A stretch of DNA of 55,548 nucleotides, counting the filler, from Stramenopiles sp. TOSAG23-3 (lineage: Eukaryota), in the NCBI GenBank assembly GCA_900128585.1. It is 4 parts of 4 records of this genome, joined end to end, with 100 filler letters (N's around TTAATTAATTAA, not from the genome) between each part and the next. Parts side by side here need not be neighbours in the genome. Positions count along the whole stretch, not along the records: positions 25,765 to 51,249 come from LT642287.1; 3 more parts are not named here. The stretch is one strand, 5' to 3'. Shown here piece by piece: positions 33,701 through 42,611 of this stretch. The position numbers and the translations under genes are program-made. The notes below the pieces were generated by a model. The model saw only the letters and a program-made list of their open reading frames with translations. It was not told the DNA's origin and did no database searches. Numbering within the stretch: the stretch's first letter is position 1; each line of letters begins with the position of its first letter.

Positions 33701-33935
33701 GAAGAAACCCTCGTTGGTTATGTCGACTCCAGCCGATGAAGTGCTGGTGAACGACGATATTGAACAACTTTCGCAACACCTCTTGTGGGAAGAGAACCCG
33801 GATCTGTTTCAATACAAGCAAGTGGGCAGTAGTGAAGCTGAACCGTCTGCCCACGACCTGTTGGCTGCTCCAAGCGCCATTCGCGTCGATGAAGCCATGA
33901 GGCATATCGAACAGTTTTTAAACCGTCACTTTTAA
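30780..33935 (+). CDS. Multidomain lipid enzyme: PlsC/GPAT (Sct1/Gpt2-like) acyltransferase with dsRBD-like/EF-hand insert, TM region and C-terminal alpha/beta hydrolase
   Basis: NHPSGLLD, IFPEGTCH, LKVGTARMAL; EF loop DSDKDGALTAAE; WIPGRND, DLRRCGRS, AHSTGG, FNSPF, HD. Confidence 0.88.
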   Translation: MLKKHHEKIRGGVRSFIHFLTRLYISDVEVRGLRNLQRLQSGSSGAIFAGNHPSGLLDPMVVMTALPDKKISSVAKYGLFKAPVVGFFLQVMQSVPVAQPYDHDLPPEKQMPKEERQKMNEQMFKTVTQRLVDGVNVCIFPEGTCHSTPQIKALKVGTARMALQVSAGTNGEMRIPIFPVGITYSVPSGARFRAKVLVDIGHPVEVTDELLAMYQSGDPSAARLAEEKMTGRIDRHLSDVTVRVPDWVVELEKHCKVRGLAKPVYSTVRKGKKWYEQQGVALGKFVFGDQQEGAVGVREDFQQYDSDKDGALTAAELSTMMGEKLGATVSIKQAEKMISDFSKNGEKTLSLLEFETMVGMERRKEQCRIEVGDAAFTSVPHYETVAEARRRMRKTQADSAMQSGAIAAAKIVPEKPSIELQRDAARNALFSLAKLQPTPSEWDFINLMHLSRRIYKPHSAKLTLGQYADLTRSFAKVAVRRIDDPVFQKLWKSVMGYNSKLGELGLTDKYVAQHARGSDPLNERLNKLREKARLTIATTFLKQMVGLAGGIAHSPIVILAQVAGTKMGVDEFGDRSVEATMRIVASLGGIVLYYPTVAIAVSAYSGSFLLGLSVIPAMALSGYTWIHQRPMQNAVKLLKGSLKLLTSKDTVDGLRLERSLLQSELRDFADAHAAPGVKGWWKNPEKYISKIKEKRVQETMEFLEGAQRVTQQGIEQAALVPLTIPLSNRFKRIENERAVLTLKQSQGNENVLLWIPGRNDSFFHVHILDRVLNAGFDLAVLDLRRCGRSKIDADGTTPLVEEFLAHDSYDFAEYHEEFDSALSFLKRPTPLSPTLDVAAGNGCGKYYENIVVYAHSTGGLVAAQYGADGSDNSGAWRGAIDGYIFNSPFWSWNLPWYNKLLLEKLENAMRADLVDPGTKMSVGGAPSEYSMDLYKTYGFTHPLLKSLKDLHVTAGWMNAVKSVQTQLYDGRLVLKKPSLVMSTPADEVLVNDDIEQLSQHLLWEENPDLFQYKQVGSSEAEPSAHDLLAAPSAIRVDEAMRHIEQFLNRHF

Positions 33936-34311
33936 ACAGAAAAAATCTCTGATAAAATTCTAAAAGATATTTATCATTTTCGTATATGAATAAATAAGAA
34001 AAAAAACAAATTAAAAATATATTATGGCTATTATATAATTTGTTTTTAATTTTATAATAAAAAACAAATTATATAGTATGTTTTAAGACTGTACTATATT
34101 ACTATATATTTTGTTTTGTTTTAAGACTCTCATTTTAAATCAAATACTACTTCAAAAATGTAATAATATTGTGTTGCTCCTTTTGTCCATTCTAATCAAT
34201 ATATCATACCATTGTCACTTAGTCTTGACTATCATTCTCAGATACGTACTCCATGCATGATCCAAATCGGTAGGTGGATTGGCAATGCTTTCAAATGATC
34301 TGTAATTAACT

Positions 34312-34490
34312 TCCTCTTCCGATGTCTCACTCATAGATAACTGAAACCTTGTGTGATTTTCCAAGCAGCGGCGTAAATATTTTAGAGGTGCCCGTTGTCT
34401 GTCTTGTACATCAGTCAATGGATTATCATTTGTGGGTTGGGGTGGCGGGGGAGGGTTGTACCTTAAAAGCAAGAAAATTGGCTGTGATTA
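34312..34490 (+). repeat. Repeat family A: internal segment followed by the terminal motif
   Basis: 34312-34438 matches 55424-55548; AAAAGCAAGAAAATTGGCTGTGATT at 34465. Confidence 0.9.
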
Positions 34491-34625
34491 CACATACATA
34501 CTCAATCGTAGAGCGATTTTTAGAGATTTAAGAACACGCGTGTACCTTAACGGAAACACGCGGTCGTAAAAAAATTATTATTTACTCGCGTGTTACATTT
34601 TAATCTTCATATACCAGAGGCGCCC

Positions 34626-36653
34626 TTACCACGCACTGTTGTCGGCCCCGCCGCCGCTACTGTTGCGGTTGTAGCCGCCACCACCGTAGCCGCCGCCGCC
34701 ACCACCGTAGCCGCCGCCGCCACCACCGTAGCCGCCGCCACCACCACCACCTCCACCGTAGCCGCCGCCGCCGCCGCCTCGGCCGCCGCCGCCTCGGCCG
34801 CCGCCGCTGCGATAATCTTTCGCACCAAAATTGCTTTTCTTATTTCTACCACCCCCGCGTCCACGTCCGTAGGAGCGCGATTGCATCATTTGGTCCAACC
34901 ACTGAGGAACCTCGAGCTTGTTCTCGGTCAACAATTCATGAAGGTCTTTGCAGACGTTTCGGTTCTTGTCGTTCATCATGGCCAAGGCGGTGCCTTTGGA
35001 GCCGATCCTACCCGTGCGCCCAATGCGATGCACGTAATCGTCAATGTTGGTGGGCATGTCGTAGTTAATGACATGCGTAACGCCTTTAATATCCAACCCA
35101 CGCGCCGCGACGTCGGTCGCGACCATGATCGGGGTCTGCCCGTTTCGAAACGTGTTCAACGCGTCTTCGCGCTCCCGCTGGGAACGGTCGCCGTGAATAG
35201 ACGTTGTGGGAAACCCCTCGCGGATGAGCGTGTTCTCGAGCGAGTCAGCGCCGCGCTTGGTCATGACGAAAATCAAAACCAAACCTTCGTCGATCGTGTT
35301 CAGGTATTTGATCAGAAACGGCTGCTTGTGCTGCTCCTCTACGAACTCGATTTTCTGGTCGACGTCTGTGTTGGCAGCACCAACCCGGCCTACGGCGAGG
35401 AAGACGTAGTTATTCAAAAAATCACCAGCAAGCTGTTGAATCGTGGATGGGAATGTGGCACTGAACATAAACGTCAAGCGTTCCTCTTTAATGGGCAAGT
35501 CCTCTTCTTCCACAATTTTGCGAATCTGGGGCTCGAAACCCATGTCGAGCATACGGTCGGCTTCGTCCAGAATCAACAGCCGGCAGCACGCCAACGAGAT
35601 TCGGCCACGCTCGATCAGGTCGCCGAGGCGCCCTGGGGTCGCGGTGAGAATGTCGCAGCCACGCTCCAGCTCCCTCATCTGCTGCTTGATGTCGGTGCCG
35701 CCGTACACTACCACGGTGGAGAGTCCGGTCATGTAACAAAACTTTCTGGCCTCGTCGTGGATTTGGCAGGCCAATTCGCGGGTCGGGGCCATGATGAGCG
35801 CGCCCGGGTACGCCTTGGGGTACCGGGAACGGTACCGTTCCTCTGGTCGCTCCCTGGGGCCTTTTCGCAGCATGACCATGATGGCCGGGAACAAAAACCC
35901 GGCAGTTTTTCCAGACCCAGTCTGAGCACACGCCATTAAGTCGCGGTCTATAGCTCCGATGGGTATACTGTACTTCTGCACTGGGGTCGGCCTGTTGTAC
36001 TTGGCGAGGACAGTGTTTGCGTACAAACTCTCGCCCAAAATCTCAGCAGTGTACTCATTGATCGGTTCCGGGCACCCTTCTCCACCGACCTCAATGGGAA
36101 TGTTGTCGTACGTGTCAAAGTTGATACCGGTGTTTTCTACGGTGCCAAAGAGCTCGGTTTCAAGGCGCTGGTCGCGGCGTAAGCTTCCGTGGTAGCCCAG
36201 CTCGTTCTGTCGCCCCGAACCGCCCCCATTCCGGCCGTAACCGTTCCGGCCGCCGCCGCCGCCGCGGCGGTCGTCGCGCCTGCGGTCGTTGTAACCCCGG
36301 CCGCCTCCATCATTCCCCCGGTCCCAACGGCTGTTTCCGGATTGTGGTGGGCCACGGTTTCCGCCCCGCTGTTGGAAGCCGCCGCCACCGCCGCCGTTGC
36401 CCCCTTGGAAGCCGCCCCCTCGGTTTCCACCACGGAAGCCGCCGTCGTTGCGCCCTCGGTTTCCACCGTGGAAGCCGCCGCCGTTGCCCCCTTGGTTGCC
36501 CCCTTGGTTGCCCCCCTGGTTGCCCCCCTGGTTGCCCCCCTGGTTGCCCCCCCGGTTGCCCCCCTGGCCGTTTCCTCCGCTACCTTGCGATTGTTTATTT
36601 CTCAAGGCTGGTGGTACATACTTGCTGTTGCCTGTGCTTGCAAAACTAGACAT
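34626..36653 (-). CDS. DDX3: DEAD-box RNA helicase Ded1/DDX3
   Basis: [65 protein letters not shown] tails; first ATG 36653. Confidence 0.96.
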   Translation of the reverse strand: MSSFASTGNSKYVPPALRNKQSQGSGGNGQGGNRGGNQGGNQGGNQGGNQGGNQGGNGGGFHGGNRGRNDGGFRGGNRGGGFQGGNGGGGGGFQQRGGNRGPPQSGNSRWDRGNDGGGRGYNDRRRDDRRGGGGGRNGYGRNGGGSGRQNELGYHGSLRRDQRLETELFGTVENTGINFDTYDNIPIEVGGEGCPEPINEYTAEILGESLYANTVLAKYNRPTPVQKYSIPIGAIDRDLMACAQTGSGKTAGFLFPAIMVMLRKGPRERPEERYRSRYPKAYPGALIMAPTRELACQIHDEARKFCYMTGLSTVVVYGGTDIKQQMRELERGCDILTATPGRLGDLIERGRISLACCRLLILDEADRMLDMGFEPQIRKIVEEEDLPIKEERLTFMFSATFPSTIQQLAGDFLNNYVFLAVGRVGAANTDVDQKIEFVEEQHKQPFLIKYLNTIDEGLVLIFVMTKRGADSLENTLIREGFPTTSIHGDRSQREREDALNTFRNGQTPIMVATDVAARGLDIKGVTHVINYDMPTNIDDYVHRIGRTGRIGSKGTALAMMNDKNRNVCKDLHELLTENKLEVPQWLDQMMQSRSYGRGRGGGRNKKSNFGAKDYRSGGGRGGGGRGGGGGGYGGGGGGGGGYGGGGGGYGGGGGGYGGGGYNRNSSGGGADNSAW
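36481..36570 (-). repeat. 12-bp coding minisatellite (GGNQ)n in the DDX3 N-terminus
   Basis: Repeated GGTTGCCCCCCT units on the + strand. Confidence 0.9.
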
Positions 36654-37607
36654 AAAACGTGTGAAGTCAAAAAATAATAGATACTTGTTTGTTGAGTTGA
36701 TGTTAATAATCGTTAAAGAAAAGTCCTTTCCGTATGCTTCAATTCTCTTTCCTTTTTCTTCTTCGCTAAAACTAACTAACGTGTACGTACGTAACCAAAT
36801 CATCTAAATCAATTACGTAAATAATAATTCCAAAAGTATTAATTATATATACAATACAGTTTCCTTCCTTCCCTTTTGGCTTTTGGCCCTTCCTTTTCCT
36901 TCCTCCTCCCTTTTGTTGGCCTTTTATGGTTCTTACTTCTTACTACTACGTACGAGTAAACGTACTAGTTATTATATTTATACTTTATCTTTACTTCACT
37001 CCTTCTTTCTTTCTTTCTTTCTTTTAATTATATAATAAATAAATACTTCCAGATAGATACAGTATAATAAGGAAGGATAATGAAGGAAGAAGGAATTCTA
37101 TTTCAATGAATTTAGGGAAAAAGATTAAATCTCTGATAATAATGAATATATATTGTTGTTATAATTATCCTTAAGGTATGAAACGCTTATGCTATTTCAT
37201 TACTAATTTAAAACGAAAAGAAGAAAACCATTAAATTTTTTTATTTTTTTATTTCTTTCGTTCCTCTGCTGTATTTCTATTATTATTTGTACTTAATGAA
37301 TAAATAAATAGAGACTTAGTATACGAATCTCTTAAAAGATTGCTTTTTATTGGTTGGTTGTGCGTGTCGTGGAAAAATAATAAGGAAATTATTAAAATAT
37401 AAAAATATATTTAGTATACAAATAACGTATAAATTAAAGAAGAAATGAAACCAAAATTGAGTTTTTATTAAAACATTTATCCATTGAACAATACCCAAAA
37501 AAGGAAGTCAAAAATGTTAAGGAATGAAATTAAAAAAAGAATTCTTGTTAAATATTATATTGACCCTGATCTTAACCCTAATTATGTCCTTCTTCAAGAA
37601 GCGAAGC

Positions 37608-37812
37608 GAAAAGAAAAGAAAAAGAAAAGAAAAGAAAAGAAAAGAAAAGAAAAGAAAAAGAAAAGAAAAGAAAAGAAAAGAAAAGAAAAGAAAAGAAAAG
37701 AAAAGAAAAGAAAAGAAAAGAAAAAGAAAAAGAAAAGAAAAGAAAAGAAAAGAAAAGAAGCGAAAAGAAAAGAAAAGAAAAGAAAAGAAAAGAAAAGAAA
37801 AGAAGCGAAAAG
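37608..37812. repeat. (AAAAG)n pentanucleotide microsatellite
   Basis: ~200-bp imperfect run. Confidence 0.97.
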
Positions 37813-38267
37813 AGGAACAACAACATCTCCTCCTTCTATCCTCTTCTTCTCCTCGTAGTCTATGTAAATATTAATTAGACTACTAGATATTATATTACAA
37901 AATGCGCACAGATAATAATAATAAAATATGTGCCTTGTTGCTTTTCTTCTTCTTCTTCTTCTTTCTTCCTTCTTCTTCTTCTATCTTCTTGATGATTATT
38001 ATTATTAAATTATTATTAATTATTTTATTTTCTTTATTTTAAATCTCAAGTTATTAGGATATATATGGTATTTATTTTGTTAGCTAGACGACTACCCTTG
38101 TGGTGAATCAGTTACGTCTTCCAAAAGTGAGTTATGAGAAGTTGAACCGTGCATTCTATATCTATTTCTATAAAAATAGAACTAATTGGAGACCAAGCTT
38201 GGTTTTGACACGCGGAAGGACGGACGAACGCACGCTCGGGGGGGGGGGTCCAGTTCCCACACAAACC

Positions 38268-38768
38268 ATGCCAATCGAGTGCGTTGCCGTTATAGGGAAA
38301 AAGAACAACCCTCTGTATTTATCAACTTTTCCTCCCAACAATAGTACTGACGTGCAGCACAGGTTTCAGCTAGTAGTGTATTCCTCGCTGGACGTCATTG
38401 ACACGCTTGTGAAGAAAAATGAGAATGGGGCTTCGGGGGGCGACGGTGGAAGCAAGACCAACGAGAACGGGAGCGGCGGCGCCGGGGACGGGAAAGAGTT
38501 CCTCGGGTACTTGTGCTCCGTGGAGCACTTTAAGATATTTGGCTACGTCACGAATACGTCTATAAAATTTATTCTTGTCGTCAGCGACGAAGTGGACCGT
38601 CTCAAAACCCCGTACAGAAAAGTGCAAAACTTCTTGTCTTCCATGCACTCCCTGTACATCGAAGCCATATACAACCCGTTCTATACCCTGGAAACGCCGA
38701 TTACGTCGAAGGGTTTTGCTGGCAAAGTCAACGCTTTGGTGGGGCAGAGTGAGAAGCAGTGGTTTTGA
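38268..38768 (+). CDS. TRAPPC2L: TRAPP complex subunit 2-like (sedlin family)
   Basis: CVAVIGKKNNPLY, YSSLDVID, FLGYL, KIFGYVTNTSIKFILV, LYIEAIYNPFY, ITSKGF. Confidence 0.92.
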   Translation: MPIECVAVIGKKNNPLYLSTFPPNNSTDVQHRFQLVVYSSLDVIDTLVKKNENGASGGDGGSKTNENGSGGAGDGKEFLGYLCSVEHFKIFGYVTNTSIKFILVVSDEVDRLKTPYRKVQNFLSSMHSLYIEAIYNPFYTLETPITSKGFAGKVNALVGQSEKQWF

Positions 38769-38981
38769 ATGCGGGGCGCGGTGGTGTGATGTCGTTTTTG
38801 CGCGCTTGTCCTCGTAAATTAATGTAATTGATAATAGAGCTATGTGGGGGAAATCCGGGGAATTTTTTTGTGCGGGCGCGGTAAGCAGTTTAAGTTAAAA
38901 CCACGAAGGAGTAAAGAAGGTGGAAAGTATTTTTTTAATATAAAAAAGCAAAAAAAAGAGATGTGAAAAGGATTTATTTTG

Positions 38982-39008
38982 AAAAACAAAAAATAATGGC
39001 TGTTGTTT
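38982..39008 (+). repeat. Repeat family A terminal motif (diverged)
   Basis: AAAAACAAAAAATAATGGCTGTTGTTT. Confidence 0.55.
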
Positions 39009-39393
39009 AGGTAGACTATATAATATTTAAATTTTATCTTCTTCGTTGTAAGTACCCCGAATTTATTTCTGCTACTTACGCCAAGTAAAGTTTTACTTCC
39101 TTCAAATGTACCTGTGCGAATTTATTTCTGCTCCGGTGGTTCTTTATTGATAATCAAATTTATAACGGTGAGGTATGAGATTTAATCAAAAATATGATCA
39201 GATAAAATTACCCGAAAAAGGCGTTAAATCCACATGTCGTGTAAGATCTTACGAATTGCATTATTTACATAATTCTTTAATTAAATAAAAAAACTAATTA
39301 TATAGTATGTTAAAATAAAATATATATACTTTTGTTCGATTGCTTTTTGGTAGACTACCCAGAGTTTTCTTTTGCGCTGTGCGTCGGTGTTTT

Positions 39394-41013
39394 TTACAAG
39401 ATGCTGTCCCGACTGGCGTTCAAGGTATCTCCTAGCTTCATCTGGTAAGCCCTAATGCTCTGTGTCAAACTCATGTTGCCGTTGGTCGCCGCTAAAATAT
39501 CGTCGTCGTTCAGGTTATCGTTATCCTTCAAGGATGGTGCGCTGACGCTCGTGTACTTTGCAAGCAGACCGTGGGCCTTCCGTGGCCCCATGTCGGGCAT
39601 TTTCGGCAGCACGGCACGTTTGTGCTTCGCCTTCATCTGCCTCTTCTTCTCACTGATCAAGGCGCCGTAGCGATGTACCAGGTTCTTCATCCGCGACTCG
39701 AGAATTCCCAAGTACAGCATGTAGTTTTCGTTCTTTACCTCGGTGGTAGGGTCGCTAATCGATACAGCCTCGGGGTGGGACGATAAGAAGTCCGTCTCGC
39801 CGCCGTTCTCGGAGGCCTTCGTTATGTACTTGTCGCATCCAATTTTGAAAAACGTAGTGTGAAGCGGTTCGAACAATTTCTCCAAATCCTCGAGGCGGCC
39901 GCGCTGCGCCCTCGTTGCTTCATTGTATATACTTTCGGTGTTCAGGAAGCTGCTCTGGTGCTCCGACAGAACTTCCGCTCTCTCCGCGTTTCGGGCCTCG
40001 TTGTTCGACATGATCGTCTTAAATTCGTTGTTCAATGCCTGCACCTCTCGCAATATCTGCTCGTACTCTAGCGTTACCTTGTTGACTTCGTTGATGCGCG
40101 CGAATTCTGTCTTGGACATTGTCTCGAACGCCTCCTTGACGTCCTCGGCGGCCTTCTCCGGGTCCCCGGTCCACTCTACGCCCGCGGCCTCGCACATACT
40201 CGCGTACTGGTCTTCAACCTGCTCCATTTCGTTCTTGGCCCTTCGGTAGGCAATGTCGGCCTGGCTTTCACTACTTTGGCTCTTGCTCTTGTGCGTGGGC
40301 GATTTCACGCTACCGACGATGGAAAACGTGCGCGCCACGCTGGTCCGTCGGTGCAGCTTCGACCGTTGCAGTTTCTGAATGGCAATATCTGTCTGATCGA
40401 TGACGAGGGTCATGTCTTCGTAGTCCTTCAAGAACTGGTGCTTGTCTTGGTCGTACATTTTCTTCAAATCCTGCATGCGAAGTTGGGCAGCGTCGCGGTC
40501 CGCGTACAAATTCTCAATCTCATAATTCAACTGCCGAAGTTCCGACGCCGTCTCCGCTAGCTCATCTACCATTCGTGCGGAGACTCTCTCAAACACAATT
40601 TTTTCCCGCCGAGCAAGGTCTATCTCTCTCTTAATCTCGTTGTTTTGCCCCACTGCCTTGTCGTTCTTTCCAAGTATGAACCCTGTGCGCCGGGTCAACA
40701 GCTCGCACTCGCGCTGGATTCGCCTAGAGCTGACGTCTGGTGCGTCCGCGGCACCTAACTTTCGGGAGTGGAGCGCTCTAATATCGTCTCCCCTCGTCAC
40801 CCACGTTGGGTAACTGCCCATCTTCTTTCGAACGTCCCACAGTGCACTTTTAAGCACGTCTACCTGGGGAGTAAGCTCGTCGACAGACTTCTGCAGCTCG
40901 ACGATTTCTTCCTGTATGTCTTCCTTTTCCAACTCCAGCCCATGGGCTTCACGGACTGCCTTTTGCTGCCATATTGTCAGCGGCTTCACTCCAGATACGT
41001 CGTCCTCGTCCAT
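39394..41013 (-). CDS. Outer dynein arm docking complex coiled-coil protein (ODAD1/CCDC114-CCDC63 family)
   Basis: Long coiled coil with NNEIKREIDLARREKIVFE, LYADRDAAQ, FFKIGCD, NENYMLYLGILESR. Confidence 0.75.
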   Translation of the reverse strand: MDEDDVSGVKPLTIWQQKAVREAHGLELEKEDIQEEIVELQKSVDELTPQVDVLKSALWDVRKKMGSYPTWVTRGDDIRALHSRKLGAADAPDVSSRRIQRECELLTRRTGFILGKNDKAVGQNNEIKREIDLARREKIVFERVSARMVDELAETASELRQLNYEIENLYADRDAAQLRMQDLKKMYDQDKHQFLKDYEDMTLVIDQTDIAIQKLQRSKLHRRTSVARTFSIVGSVKSPTHKSKSQSSESQADIAYRRAKNEMEQVEDQYASMCEAAGVEWTGDPEKAAEDVKEAFETMSKTEFARINEVNKVTLEYEQILREVQALNNEFKTIMSNNEARNAERAEVLSEHQSSFLNTESIYNEATRAQRGRLEDLEKLFEPLHTTFFKIGCDKYITKASENGGETDFLSSHPEAVSISDPTTEVKNENYMLYLGILESRMKNLVHRYGALISEKKRQMKAKHKRAVLPKMPDMGPRKAHGLLAKYTSVSAPSLKDNDNLNDDDILAATNGNMSLTQSIRAYQMKLGDTLNASRDSIL

Positions 41014-41366
41014 ACTTCTGTGATAAATTGACGTGCGCTATACTGGCAAAGCAATGTGCAACACCGGTGAATTCACAAGCTTCGACTAATTTCAACAAAA
41101 TCGTCTCGTACAGAAATCGTTGCGTGATTTTAAGAGTGGTGGAAAGCGACAGTTGTACGAACAAACCCAACGTTTAATGATTATAAAAAAGAAGAAGAAG
41201 AGGAAAGAAAGAAAGAAGAAATAATATATAGGTAAATAGAGGGCAGTTAGTTAAGCCATTGGCAACAACAACAACACCGCTCTTTCTTTTAACAGTCGTC
41301 TTCTATCGTCGTATTATCAATGCAGTTAATATTGGATTACCAGCAATAATAAATAATGGGCGATCA

Positions 41367-41432
41367 AAGAAGAAGAAGAAGAAGAAGAAGAAGAAGAAGA
41401 AAGAAGAAAGAAGAAGAAGAAGAAGAAGAAGA
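41367..41432. repeat. (GAA)n microsatellite
   Basis: Imperfect trinucleotide run. Confidence 0.95.
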
Positions 41433-42507
41433 AAGGGGAAACAACATACAACGGGATCGAAAAGAAACGGAAGAATATTTACACTTCCTTTCTTCCTTCC
41501 TTCCTTCCTTCCCCCCACTGTCCGTCCCCTGTTGTTTCCCTTTACGATGTCATTCAGTTTTTATTCTTTTTTTGTTGTACTGTAGTACATTCACTATTAT
41601 ACTTACTTAGCTGTAGCACACTCTCTAGTAAGTAAGCTCTAAGGCAAGATGCCAACGGTAAACATAGGACGGCTACTCCTCGTACATTTACATCTATTTA
41701 CATCCTATATGTTATAATTTAAACTGTACTGTAGTAGGAAGCACGATTACAACTCAGGACTGTGACTAAAGTTGTTCCGTATTATTAGTCGTTCTATTAA
41801 TTAGACTATTAGTCAGTTCTAGAGTGTTGCAGTTGTTTAGAAACACACACACACCCTCGTGAAAACTCTGCTGCTTGAATCTAATAATTAATAGTCGGTT
41901 CTATTATTGCGGTGTCCGTGTTATTGTTATTGTTTTTATATTGCTTTTACAACAGTCATCGTTCTCTGAAAATAAAAAACGATATTTTACATACTAATAA
42001 TAGATGACTACTTCGTACAGTACGAGGTACGGAACCTTTATTAATACCTGGTATTCATACCTGTACCTGGGTATTATTAGGACTAATGAGTACCTGGTAC
42101 CGTACCTGGTACCAACCAAAGGAATGTATTAAATACCAAACTCCTAAAGTAGTATTTATTAACTAGACTATTAAAATATATATTAACTAGAATTTTAGTA
42201 CACGACCGTCCCAGTTATATATAGTCACAGTCATCTGCTGTTGCATGTACGGTACGGTACCGGTAGGTACTTTGTGCAAATAGTACATGTCTTATTGCCA
42301 CTTATCACGATGAAGCAGTCGTCGGTCTGGGTTTCAAATGTTTCAAAATTGCGTTGTTAAAAAATTGCTTTTTCTTCGGTTAAAAAAAATGTATTACACA
42401 CGTACTTTTTAGTATTCTTATAATAATTCTTATTAAACTGGATATATTTTTGTTTTTCCAATTATGTGTTTTTTAGAGATTATTGTTAGTTCGCAGTACA
42501 TTTAATT

Positions 42508-42540
42508 TTAATTACTTAAATAACAGCCAATTTTCTTGTT
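42508..42540 (-). repeat. Repeat family A terminal motif (minus strand)
   Basis: Reverse complement reads AACAAGAAAATTGGCTGTTATTTAAGTAATTAA, 72 nt after the stop of the minus-strand AAA gene. Confidence 0.9.
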
Positions 42541-42611
42541 ATTGTTAATTCACAGTGCCCTGATGCTCGCAAATTGGCCTCCCCATAAGTAAAGCAGATC
42601 TAATTTTCTGT

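Noticed and set aside
34590-35939. 449-aa plus-strand ORF and similar antisense ORFs over GC-rich genes
   Set aside because: Antisense shadows of DDX3 and other genes caused by codon bias
37484-37874. Lys/Arg/Glu-rich ORFs
   Set aside because: Translation of the (AAAAG)n microsatellite
39058-39132. CGAATTTATTTCTGCT repeated at a 59-bp interval
   Set aside because: Two short copies only; ordinary local duplication
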